Assembly (NCBI RefSeq): GCF_008000775.2
Contig: NZ_CP042905.2
Span: forward strand, 3,870,001-3,902,000
Reading direction: 5' to 3'
Length of the DNA: 32,000 nucleotides
DNA from: Promethearchaeum syntrophicum
Lineage (GTDB): Archaea > Asgardarchaeota > Lokiarchaeia > Sigyniarchaeales > Promethearchaeaceae
Shown: one piece after another, positions 7,467 through 16,134 of the stretch
How positions within the stretch are numbered: the first letter of the stretch is position 1
Layout of the letters: each line of letters opens with the position of its first letter
Notes under the pieces: generated by a model
The model's input: only the letters and a program-made list of their open reading frames with translations
Database searches by the model: none
Told to the model about the DNA's origin: nothing
Position numbers and translations under genes: made by a program

Positions 7467-7590
7467 TGGATCCAGGGAGCTTCGAACTCCCGATATCTGG
7501 CTTGCTTAGCGTATATGGGCAATTTTTTTACTACTGTATGCCCATACATCTTATAAGACCAGCGCATTGACCAGGCTATGCTATGGATCC
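7467..7590 (-). tRNA. tRNA-Ile(UAU) with a 49-nt canonical (37/38) intron at 7503..7551; no encoded CCA
   Basis: The minus strand reads GGATCCA-TA-GCAT-AGCCTGGTCA-ATGC-G-CTGGT-CTTATA[49 nt]A-GCCAG-ATATC-GGGAG-TTCGAAG-CTCCC-TGGATCC-A. All four stems pair, with one G-U in the anticodon stem. Exon CTTA pairs with intron TAAG to form a 4-bp helix flanked by the 3-nt bulges TAA and CAA, which is a BHB-like motif. The intron also contains a 10-bp helix TGTATGGGCA/TGCCCATATA. The spliced loop is CUUAUAA. Confidence 0.8.
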
Positions 7591-7718
7591 GAGAATAATA
7601 ATTTCGAAATGATATTCAAACTAACAAGATTAGGAAAAATTAAAAATTTTTTGGCTTTCTTAATTTGACATTCTCCTACCACATACAATATTTATTTTCC
7701 TCAGCTGTTTCTTCTTAA

Positions 7719-7756
7719 TGTAGTAGTAATTTAGTTATAGTGTCTAGTTGTAGTAA
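7719..7756. repeat. Stop-codon-rich TAGTTGTAGTA-type motif block, copy A (shared with 11992..12025)
   Basis: tgtagtagtaat-ttagttatagt-gtctagttgtagtaa. The 15-mer GTCTAGTTGTAGTAA (7742..7756) recurs exactly at 11992..12006, and TGTAGTAGTA (7719..7728) recurs at 12014..12023. Confidence 0.5.
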
Positions 7757-7777
7757 ATTTTGTTAAAATAATGTTTT

Positions 7778-7786
7778 AAAAAAAAA
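7778..7786 (-). terminator. Oligo-T (T9 on the minus strand) candidate archaeal terminator downstream of the 1285-aa gene
   Basis: A9 on the plus strand gives T9 on the minus strand, about 40 nt after the stop at 7826. It is preceded by a small hairpin ATGAG-AAAT-CTCAT (7808..7821). Confidence 0.35.
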
Positions 7787-7825
7787 CTAATTTATTCTTT
7801 TAATTCATGAGAAATCTCATCTTTG

Positions 7826-10800
7826 TCAATTTAAATCAATAGCAGTGGAGATTTTATTCATGTCTTCTAAATTTGAACGATATTTAATAAATGACCCCAG
7901 AATTAATCCAATCCCCACTAATAAGAAAAATAAGGATGCAAATTCAAATCCTGGTCTTCCAGCATTAATTACTACATAAACGACATAAGATAATCCAATT
8001 ACCACTATAGTAAATACTTGGAAGATACGTGCTTTATTAATATTAAACATTATATTGAGATATAAAGTCAGTAATATGAAAACAAAAATAAATCCAAACT
8101 TAATTTCGGGGGAAAAATCAGTTAGTAAGCAACTAATTGTGGAGAGAATAATAACGAAATAAATTTCTATCAGTAGCAATATTTTATTTTTATTCTCTTT
8201 ATTCTTTTGATGGGAATTCATTAAGAATATGGCGGCATAAACGACAGATAGTATGAAAAAGAAATAATTCGCAAAAGTGATAGCAAAAGTTGGATCTAAG
8301 CGCATTATTATTTCCAAAATAAAGATTAACATTGGAGAAATTATAACTAATAAGTTTTTAAGCCTAGAATCAGGGTATAATGCGACATTTACACTAAAGA
8401 AAATCATAAAGAGAAAATACTGAATCCATATCAAATCACGCATATTTTGGGAAATTTCTAACCGAACTCCTACAATATAGGATAAATAAGCGAAAACTGC
8501 GATATTAATGAGTATTTGTAAATTTACGAGACCTACGGTTTTCTTTATTCGTGATTGTGAATTTAATTGTGGTTTACTATCGATTGATTTCTGAGTATTC
8601 TTTTTTTCGAGATAAATCTTTACGAACATTAAGAGAAGTACCGGGACTAATATCCAATTAGAGATATAATGATCATTACTATATTTAATGTAAAAATGCA
8701 AAGCCCAAATAATATTAATTTCTGAAAAAATTATTTCTTGGACTGGATTGGAATTATATTTACATGACTTATAGAGAAAGATTACGCTAGTAATTCCATA
8801 AAAACCAAGAACAATCCATTGTAAAATGTCAATATCTTGTGTTCTTAATAAGTGATTTGTGATAAGAAATTGAACAATTAAATAACCGGTAGTTTCAAAC
8901 CAACTATTTGATGAAACTACAAATGATACTGTCATCATTAACAAAAAGGATGTTATTAATAGGATAAGGAATCCAGTGTGAAGATATGCCCCCGAGAATA
9001 CGCCTTCATAAAGACTTGAACTAAATGCACAAATTACATATACAATGGCAGCGAAAATTAAAATAAAATAGTGTTCTTCTCTTGCTTTTTTGGTTATTTG
9101 ATAGAAACGTATACTTAGGATTGTAAAAACAATTGCTACTATCAAAGTAATAATTAAAATAGAAAAAATTAGCATATCACGATATATTATTGTTAGAATT
9201 GCATTTATTACTAGATGTACCGCCAAAAATATCTTTGAATACCCCCATTCTTTAAATAAACGAATTGATTTCTTTTGAGACTGATGTAAATAATATATTA
9301 CACTGTAAAAAATCGTCATTACGCTTAGAATGAGAAAAACAATTATTTTAATGACATTTAACCATGGTAAAGTGAAATTATAATAGGTTTTAATAATCAA
9401 AAGATCAATAACAACCAAAATAAGTAATTCAAAACTGAAAATTCTAAGTTCTTTAGATTTAGGAAAAATAAGAGGAAGAAAAGTTCCCATAAGGAGATGT
9501 CCAATTGTAATTGCATAAAATAGTACTGCATATTCTTGGTTTGGTAAAATTATCACATTGATGATGAATAAAATTTGTGATAAAACTAAACCAAGACCTT
9601 GAAAACTAATTTTGGTTATATTGGAGGCATTGGAAAGAAATTTTGCACCAAATAATGGTAAAAATGATAAAATGAAATATGCAAGGGTAAAGCTAATAAA
9701 AATTGTAGATGTAAAGTCCTCAGAATACATGATTTCTGATACTGCCCCAAAGAAAATTTGTATCATGTTGACTCCAAAAGTAATAAAGATTAATCCGTTT
9801 ACTGCAGATTTTGAAAATTTTGACTCAAAATACTGAATTCTCTTATTTATAGTAAAAAACTGCACTAATTGTATAAAAAATATGCACACGAAATATTCCA
9901 AGGATGTGTAATCCGAGCTTCTTCCTTGGAAAAGGAAAACTGAAAGTGAGAAGGTCATAATAACTTGTTGAGCAATAATAATAAATTTCTCATCCTTTAA
10001 TATCGAAAACGAGTATTCTTTTGTTCCATAGTTTTTGAATTGAACCCAACTTAGGCTTAAAGAACTCAATAAGAGGAAAATAATTGGTAAATATATATTA
10101 CTGCTAAAATTATGAAATAAAATCATAAAGGGGATTAACACGGCGAGAATAAGGACATGTATTCCGGAATTTTGTTTTTTTGATACATATATTGCCCCTA
10201 TTAACGATACTAACCATAATACACTAAAACTTGCTTTTTCATATGGATTTATATCAATAATGCGTGTTGAAGTGATTAGAAACAATTGGAATAATATGTT
10301 AATAAAAACTGCAATTTTAAAAAAATCAAGTTTAGAATTTTTAAAGAATTTTCCAAAATGTTTCTTTTGGGTCGAATTTAAAACAAAATAGGAGAATTGA
10401 ATTATAAATGCACTCAAAATTAAATCCCAGATTGGTAAATCAAAGAAATCTCTTTTTATTAAAAGGACATATATTCCAATATTAGGTAAAATTTGAGAAA
10501 TATAAAATACTACAACCTGACTTATTTTATTAGAGTAAAAATTCGATTTAAACGAAATTTCTCGATTGGAAACCCAACTTACACTAAATCCTGCAAAAGT
10601 AAGAAGGACGATAATAATTGACACATTGAGAGCAAAAAAACTCACTAAACTCATTATCGAAAGAGTCACTAAAGTTATAATTGTTGGAGTGAAGCTTATA
10701 CCTTTTAATGACAATAATAAACCTACCAAGATTACTCCAATGAAAAGACATGTCATAATAATATTTGTATAAGCACCAAAGAATGATGAATCCAATATTA

Positions 10801-11683
10801 GAGGGGTAAAAATGAGTAAAATAATGAATAAATAACATTCTCCAATGAAAAATTCATTGTATAATTTTATGATAATAAAAATTAGAATTATTATTAAAGC
10901 ACCAATTGAAAGTCCCCAAATAAGATAATTTGATGTTGATAATGGATCGGAAACAGGGAGAATAAATGAAAGAAAATATCCAATTATACCAACAATAACG
11001 AAACTTTGAGGAAAGATGAAATAGAGAGTAAGTCCCTTTTTTTTTAATTTTTGATAGACTACATATCCTGCAATGATAAACAAAGTTGAAAAAGCGAAAA
11101 TATAGATGAAAATCATTAAAGAAGTGACAATTTCATCAGCAAAAACTTCAAACAAAAATTGTGTTGTAACATAGACCGTAACTGACAGTAATAAATAGAA
11201 AGCGAACAACAAAAAATAGGGAACATATTCACTAGCGGATTTTTTAGTTTTTTGCTTTAAATTATATTTAGATAATGGTGACTGGGTTTCTAACTTAATT
11301 TTCTGAGAATTTTGTTGATTAGGAATGTTTATCTGTTTTTCTTGAGACTTATAGGTTTCAGCAAGATGTTTCGTTGTGATTTTTTGACCAATAACAGGCT
11401 CTATTGCCTTTTGTTCTTCCACATTTGGTTGGTTATCGTAGGTTTTTTCTTGAACTGGTCGTTGAACCTGAAGTTTTGGCAAAGATTTGACACCTTGAAA
11501 TTCTAATTTAGCTTCCCGATTCATATTTTTCACAGCCTCATTCAAGTCTGTTAAATGATTTTCAATGTGAAACACTCTTGTTACTAAAGACTGAAGAATT
11601 TTTTCCATACGGTTTATTCGATTTTTTAATCCAGAATCCAAATCTAATTCTTTTTTTTCTACTGAATCTTCTTTTTCTTCCAT
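7826..11683 (-). CDS. Very large polytopic membrane protein (DUF2339-like architecture)
   Basis: 1285-aa uninterrupted ORF. The N-terminal ~160 aa are soluble, with a coiled coil (LKNRINRMEKILQSLVTRVFHIENHLTDLNEAVKNMN) followed by a Q/N/K-rich linker. About 1100 aa of almost continuous hydrophobic helices follow (dozens of TM segments by eye). The five ORFs called inside it on either strand are artefacts. Confidence 0.85.
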   Translation of the reverse strand: MEEKEDSVEKKELDLDSGLKNRINRMEKILQSLVTRVFHIENHLTDLNEAVKNMNREAKLEFQGVKSLPKLQVQRPVQEKTYDNQPNVEEQKAIEPVIGQKITTKHLAETYKSQEKQINIPNQQNSQKIKLETQSPLSKYNLKQKTKKSASEYVPYFLLFAFYLLLSVTVYVTTQFLFEVFADEIVTSLMIFIYIFAFSTLFIIAGYVVYQKLKKKGLTLYFIFPQSFVIVGIIGYFLSFILPVSDPLSTSNYLIWGLSIGALIIILIFIIIKLYNEFFIGECYLFIILLIFTPLILDSSFFGAYTNIIMTCLFIGVILVGLLLSLKGISFTPTIITLVTLSIMSLVSFFALNVSIIIVLLTFAGFSVSWVSNREISFKSNFYSNKISQVVVFYISQILPNIGIYVLLIKRDFFDLPIWDLILSAFIIQFSYFVLNSTQKKHFGKFFKNSKLDFFKIAVFINILFQLFLITSTRIIDINPYEKASFSVLWLVSLIGAIYVSKKQNSGIHVLILAVLIPFMILFHNFSSNIYLPIIFLLLSSLSLSWVQFKNYGTKEYSFSILKDEKFIIIAQQVIMTFSLSVFLFQGRSSDYTSLEYFVCIFFIQLVQFFTINKRIQYFESKFSKSAVNGLIFITFGVNMIQIFFGAVSEIMYSEDFTSTIFISFTLAYFILSFLPLFGAKFLSNASNITKISFQGLGLVLSQILFIINVIILPNQEYAVLFYAITIGHLLMGTFLPLIFPKSKELRIFSFELLILVVIDLLIIKTYYNFTLPWLNVIKIIVFLILSVMTIFYSVIYYLHQSQKKSIRLFKEWGYSKIFLAVHLVINAILTIIYRDMLIFSILIITLIVAIVFTILSIRFYQITKKAREEHYFILIFAAIVYVICAFSSSLYEGVFSGAYLHTGFLILLITSFLLMMTVSFVVSSNSWFETTGYLIVQFLITNHLLRTQDIDILQWIVLGFYGITSVIFLYKSCKYNSNPVQEIIFSEINIIWALHFYIKYSNDHYISNWILVPVLLLMFVKIYLEKKNTQKSIDSKPQLNSQSRIKKTVGLVNLQILINIAVFAYLSYIVGVRLEISQNMRDLIWIQYFLFMIFFSVNVALYPDSRLKNLLVIISPMLIFILEIIMRLDPTFAITFANYFFFILSVVYAAIFLMNSHQKNKENKNKILLLIEIYFVIILSTISCLLTDFSPEIKFGFIFVFILLTLYLNIMFNINKARIFQVFTIVVIGLSYVVYVVINAGRPGFEFASLFFLLVGIGLILGSFIKYRSNLEDMNKISTAIDLN

Positions 11684-11991
11684 TTTTTTTCACTTCATAA
11701 GATAGTCTTTAGTAAAACAATATAACTGAATTTTTTCGTTAGTGATTTGTAAAAAGACAAATGTATAAAAAAGTAACTAAAATGAAGTAGGAATAATGAT
11801 GCATAACTAAAAATTTTGTTTTTCCTAACGTTTTAAAACATGTAATACTACTGAAACTGCAATTAAAACAATATTATAGAAAGATGTAAAAATTAAAATA
11901 TCAAAGATGCTATTTCTAGTTTAGGAGTTAATTCCTATGCTTACAGCCGATCATCTTAGAATTTCAAAATCGTTAATATTTTCGTTATTGA

Positions 11992-12025
11992 GTCTAGTTG
12001 TAGTAAGCGTAGTTGTAGTAGTATT
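11992..12025. repeat. Stop-codon-rich TAGTTGTAGTA-type motif block, copy B
   Basis: gtctagttgtagtaa-gcg-tagttgtagtagtatt. It contains the same 15-mer and 10-mer as copy A, but in swapped order, and TAGTTGTAGTA occurs twice in tandem. Confidence 0.5.
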
Positions 12026-12198
12026 ATAAAGAATTAATTAACTCTTAGAGAAAGTTCTGATTCTACCCTTTATTTAAGAGTTGTTACAGAAGATAATATT
12101 CGAATGACGGAATATGAATAAAGAAAAAAAATCAATATAAGGAAAACACAGAAAATTGATAAAAGATTTGAAGGAAAAAAAACTGAATGTGATAATTT

Positions 12199-14949
12199 AT
12201 GAATGAATTGCTCGATAAAATTTATGATCATCATACAATAGAAGAAAAATTGTATAAATGGTGGGAAAGCGAAGACTTCTTTCGCCCAGAAAAAATGAAA
12301 GAATTAGGTTTAATTGATAAAAAAAGTCCCAAATTTTGCATCACTATCCCTTTACCGAATGTTACTGGAATTCTTCATTTAGGTCATGCCATTACAATTT
12401 CACTCGAGGATTTGATGACCAGATTTGAAAGAATGAATCAAAAGGAAACACTTTATATTCCCGGAACAGACCACGCGGGAATAGCTACTCAAAACGTTGT
12501 TGAAAGAGAGTTATTAAAACAAGGAATTAAGAGAAAAGAACTGGGTCGTGAGAAATTTGTGGAAAAAGTCTGGGAATGGAAAGATCAATATCATACTCGA
12601 ATAACTAAACAATCAAAAAGGCTAGGAATCAGTAGTGATTGGTCTCGTGAACGATTTACTCTAGATAAACAGCTTTCTCATGCGGTTCGTGAAGCATTTT
12701 ATAGATTATACCAAAAAGGGTTGATTTATCGTGGAGAATATATGGTTAATTGGTGCCCAGGAAGATGTGAATCAGCAATTTCTGATCTAGAAGCAATTTC
12801 AGAGGAAGAACAAGGAAATTTATGGTATATTAAATATCCTATTACTGGAAAGTATTGGAAAAAACCCAAGGGTGAATGGGGTAGTGGAAACTGGGCAGAA
12901 GGTGCCACTGATTTTATTACTGTTGCCACTACTAGACCTGAAACACTATTAGGGGATAGCGCAATTGCAACTACATCTAAACATAAGGAGTATGGTAAAT
13001 ATATTGGAAAAAAAGCAGTTCTTCCTGCAGTTGGAAGAAAAATTCCTATAATCACCGACCCTCACGTTGATCCAGAATTTGGGACAGGTGCAGTCAAAAT
13101 AACCCCTTCCCACGATCCTAATGATTTTGAAGTTGGACAGAGACATAAATTAGAATTTATTAATATACTCGACGAAAAAGCGAGGATTTTACCAGAGATT
13201 TCAGAACGATATGCAAATATGGATCGCTATGAATGTAGAGAAGCAATTCTTGATGATATTAAAAAAGAAGGCTTATTGGTTGATATTGAACCCCATTTGC
13301 ATGCAATTGCACATTGTCAAAGATGTAATACAATAATTGAACCTAGAGTTTCAATTCAATGGTTTGCTAAAACAACAGAATTAGCAGCAGCGGCTGTTAA
13401 AAGTGTTAAAAACAGAGAAACTATAATACTCCCTGAGCGCGAAGAACATAGATTCTATCTTTGGATGGATAATATTCATGATTGGTGTATTAGTCGCCAA
13501 TTATGGTGGGGACACAGAATTCCAGTTTGGTATTGTAATAATTGTAATGCAGAAATTTGTCCAGAACCTAATATTGACCACGTTGATAGTTGTCCAGAAT
13601 GTGATTCCAAAAATATTGAACAAGAAAAAGATGTCTTAGATACATGGTTTTCGAGTGGGTTATGGCCATTTTCAACTTTAGGTTGGCCTAATCTGAAAAG
13701 CCCAGATTATAAAAGATTCTATCCAACAGACACGAGAGAAACGGGTTATGACATATTATTCTTTTGGGTTGCTAAGGAAATGATGTTAGGTATTGAACTA
13801 ACAGGTACAACTCCCTATAAAACAGTTTACCTCCATGGAATGATTAGAGATGCAAAAGGTCAGAAAATAAGCAAGTCTATGGAAAATATCGAAGATTATG
13901 ATCCTCTAAAGATCATTGAAAATGTCGGGGCTGATTCGTTAAGATATGCACTTATTTCAAATAGTGTTCCTGGACTAGATACAAATGTTGATCCTAGAAA
14001 CCTTGATGCAGCTCATCGATTCTGTAATAAAATATGGCAAGCAACGCGTTTTGTTTTAAGTAATATCAAAGAAGATGATGTGATTAAACCATTTACTAAT
14101 GAACTAACGAATCAATTATCTCACTCAGATAAATGGATACTTTCACGCATTAACAGAATTACTAAAAGAATTACAAGGTATATGACAGATTATAACTATC
14201 TTAAAGCAGCTCGAGAGATAAAGAATTTCTTTTGGAACGAGTTTTGTGATTGGTTTATTGAAATCAGTAAAATTCGTTTATATGATCCTGAAAATAATCA
14301 AAGTTCAATTCAAAAAACAGTTCTGCTCCATGTTTTAGAGACATCTTTGAGATTGTTGCACCCAATAATGCCATTTATCACTGAGAAATTATGGCAATCA
14401 TTGCCCAAGGGATTTACGAAGGGTCCATCAATAATGTTTTCACATTGGCCTCAAGCAGATGAAAAATTAATCGATGAAGAGTTAGAAGAGAATTTTGTAA
14501 TTGTATTTGATTTCATTAGGGAGATAAGGAGTATTAAGCATGATTTTGGAATCCCTCTAAAAACAAAAATTCCACTCCAAATTGAAACGTCCAATAGTGA
14601 TATATTTGAAAATGGAAAAAGAGAATTAATACATTTAGCAAATATTGATTCTGAAAAAATGATTATTGCTAAGAAAATAAATCCAGATAAGCAGTCAGCG
14701 AAAATGATTTTACATGGAATCTCTGCATATATTCCATTAAAAGGGACAATTGATTTAGAACGTGAAAAAATCCGTCTTAATAAGCAATTAGAGAAAATAG
14801 ATAAACAGATTTCCAAAATTAATAAGAAATTAAAAAGTGAATTTTCGAAAAGAGCTCCAAAAGAGCTGATTGAACAAGAAAATGAAAAATTAAGTGGTTT
14901 AGAACTTAAAAAACAACAATTATATGATCAAATATCCATTTTGGGTTAA
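12199..14949 (+). CDS. valS: Valine--tRNA ligase
   Basis: 916 aa. 'PNVTGILHLGHA' is the HIGH motif and 'KISKSMEN' is the KMSKS motif. 'TTRPETLLGDSAIA' and 'WCISRQLWWGHRIPVWY' are also present, along with a C-terminal coiled-coil arm. Confidence 0.95.
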   Translation: MNELLDKIYDHHTIEEKLYKWWESEDFFRPEKMKELGLIDKKSPKFCITIPLPNVTGILHLGHAITISLEDLMTRFERMNQKETLYIPGTDHAGIATQNVVERELLKQGIKRKELGREKFVEKVWEWKDQYHTRITKQSKRLGISSDWSRERFTLDKQLSHAVREAFYRLYQKGLIYRGEYMVNWCPGRCESAISDLEAISEEEQGNLWYIKYPITGKYWKKPKGEWGSGNWAEGATDFITVATTRPETLLGDSAIATTSKHKEYGKYIGKKAVLPAVGRKIPIITDPHVDPEFGTGAVKITPSHDPNDFEVGQRHKLEFINILDEKARILPEISERYANMDRYECREAILDDIKKEGLLVDIEPHLHAIAHCQRCNTIIEPRVSIQWFAKTTELAAAAVKSVKNRETIILPEREEHRFYLWMDNIHDWCISRQLWWGHRIPVWYCNNCNAEICPEPNIDHVDSCPECDSKNIEQEKDVLDTWFSSGLWPFSTLGWPNLKSPDYKRFYPTDTRETGYDILFFWVAKEMMLGIELTGTTPYKTVYLHGMIRDAKGQKISKSMENIEDYDPLKIIENVGADSLRYALISNSVPGLDTNVDPRNLDAAHRFCNKIWQATRFVLSNIKEDDVIKPFTNELTNQLSHSDKWILSRINRITKRITRYMTDYNYLKAAREIKNFFWNEFCDWFIEISKIRLYDPENNQSSIQKTVLLHVLETSLRLLHPIMPFITEKLWQSLPKGFTKGPSIMFSHWPQADEKLIDEELEENFVIVFDFIREIRSIKHDFGIPLKTKIPLQIETSNSDIFENGKRELIHLANIDSEKMIIAKKINPDKQSAKMILHGISAYIPLKGTIDLEREKIRLNKQLEKIDKQISKINKKLKSEFSKRAPKELIEQENEKLSGLELKKQQLYDQISILG

Positions 14950-14952
14950 TTG

Positions 14953-14971
14953 TTTCTTTTTCTTATTTTTT
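14953..14971 (+). terminator. T-rich tract after valS (candidate archaeal terminator or attenuator)
   Basis: tttcttttt-cttatttttt immediately follows the valS stop codon (14947..14949). Confidence 0.3.
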
Positions 14972-14997
14972 ATTAAAGCAAGATTTTTTACTCGATC

Positions 14998-15324
14998 TTG
15001 CCCTATGGAAACCAGAATAAAATGAAACCATTCCACATAACTCTAAAAGAAATTTTAGAAAGTATGAAGCATCCATTTATTGACTACTCATTAATTGATT
15101 TGGGGATATTAAAAAATGTAGAAGCAGTGGGGGATAAAATTGTGGTAAATATCACTTGGCCTGCACCTGATCCTGATAACGCAATTAAACCTTTTATTAT
15201 CAGTCTGGTTTTAGGATCGCTAAAAAAACTAAATAGAAAAATCGAAATTAATGAAACACTAATGAATGATGAGGAAAGGAAATTCTACTTGGATCTTGAA
15301 AAAAAAAGTGAAAAAGAGATTTAA
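14998..15324 (+). CDS. DUF59/MIP18-like small protein (lacks the family's conserved Cys)
   Basis: 'ITLKEILESMKHPFIDYSLIDLGILKNVEAVGDKIVVNITWPAP' follows the DUF59 pattern (v.DP.i..sivdLGlv..v.v.g..v.v.mt). The track start is TTG 14998, but ATG 15022 (MKPFHITL...) is the more likely start. The stop lies 3 nt before the next gene. Confidence 0.5.
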   Translation: MPYGNQNKMKPFHITLKEILESMKHPFIDYSLIDLGILKNVEAVGDKIVVNITWPAPDPDNAIKPFIISLVLGSLKKLNRKIEINETLMNDEERKFYLDLEKKSEKEI

Positions 15325-15327
15325 CCC

Positions 15328-16134
15328 ATGGTAGAATTTAGAACACATGGAAAACCTCCATTCCAAATTGTTGTCCTTCATGGAGGTCCTGGAGCATGGG
15401 GAGAAATGGCCCCGGTTGCTGAGTATTTATCTGATACTTACGGAATTATTGAACCATTTTTCTTAGAAGCAACCCTCCCAGAACAGTTACTTGAGTTAAA
15501 ACAAATTATAGATATCCATAACATAGAAAAAGTTGTGTTAATAGGATTCTCATGGGGGGCTTGGTTGAGGTATCTTTTTGCGGCTAAATTCCCGAATTTA
15601 ATGAAAAAATTAATTCTGGTTGGAAGCGGTCCTTATAAACATCAATATTATCTGGAATTGATTGATACACGAAATAATCGTATGAGTCAGGAACAAAAAG
15701 AACATTATTCTGAGATACTTAATAATCTTCAAGATCCCAATATGACAAATAATGATGCCTCTATCTCACAATTGGGTGCTCTTTGTAGAAAAATCGATCA
15801 ATATAATGATTTAGAAGTAGAAGAGCCCTTTCCTACTCCTCACTTTGATATTGATCGGACTACTCATTTTCAAAAAGCAATGAATGAAGTAATCAGGATG
15901 CGAAAATCGGGAGACTTATTAAAAGAAGCAGAAAAAATCAAATGTCCCGTAGTAGCCATTCATGGAGATTATGATCCCCATCCTGTAAATGGAGTTAAGA
16001 TCCCCCTTGAGAAAAAAATCGTGGATTTTCAATTTTTCTTACTCGAAAAATGCGGTCACAAACCATGGACTGAGAGATATGCTCGGTTGGAATTTTATAA
16101 ATTGATAAACTCGTTGTTAATCTTCAAGGACTAA
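15328..16134 (+). CDS. Alpha/beta-fold hydrolase
   Basis: 'IVVLHGGPGAWGE' is an oxyanion-region-like motif, 'LIGFSWGAW' is the GxSxG nucleophile elbow, and 'AIHGDYDPH...CGHKPW' places the Asp/His region late, as expected. 268 aa. Confidence 0.75.
   Translation: MVEFRTHGKPPFQIVVLHGGPGAWGEMAPVAEYLSDTYGIIEPFFLEATLPEQLLELKQIIDIHNIEKVVLIGFSWGAWLRYLFAAKFPNLMKKLILVGSGPYKHQYYLELIDTRNNRMSQEQKEHYSEILNNLQDPNMTNNDASISQLGALCRKIDQYNDLEVEEPFPTPHFDIDRTTHFQKAMNEVIRMRKSGDLLKEAEKIKCPVVAIHGDYDPHPVNGVKIPLEKKIVDFQFFLLEKCGHKPWTERYARLEFYKLINSLLIFKD

Noticed and set aside
7467-7590. Alternative anticodon assignments (UGC Ala or UAC Val) for the intron-containing tRNA, depending on splice register
   Set aside because: The 3-nt bulges flanking the CTTA/TAAG helix place both cuts so as to give CUUAUAA. 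The acceptor stem has A3:U70, not the G3:U70 Ala determinant.
9612-11506. Five short ORFs (9612..9836, 10566..10772, 10584..10838, 11312..11506 and similar) within the 1285-aa gene
   Set aside because: They are nested in or antisense to a 3.8-kb uninterrupted ORF. Their compositions mirror the hydrophobic host gene.
12726-14816. Antisense ORFs within valS (12726..13055, 12949..13146, 14451..14816)
   Set aside because: valS is unambiguous, with HIGH and KMSKS motifs in frame. The antisense ORFs have no recognisable features.
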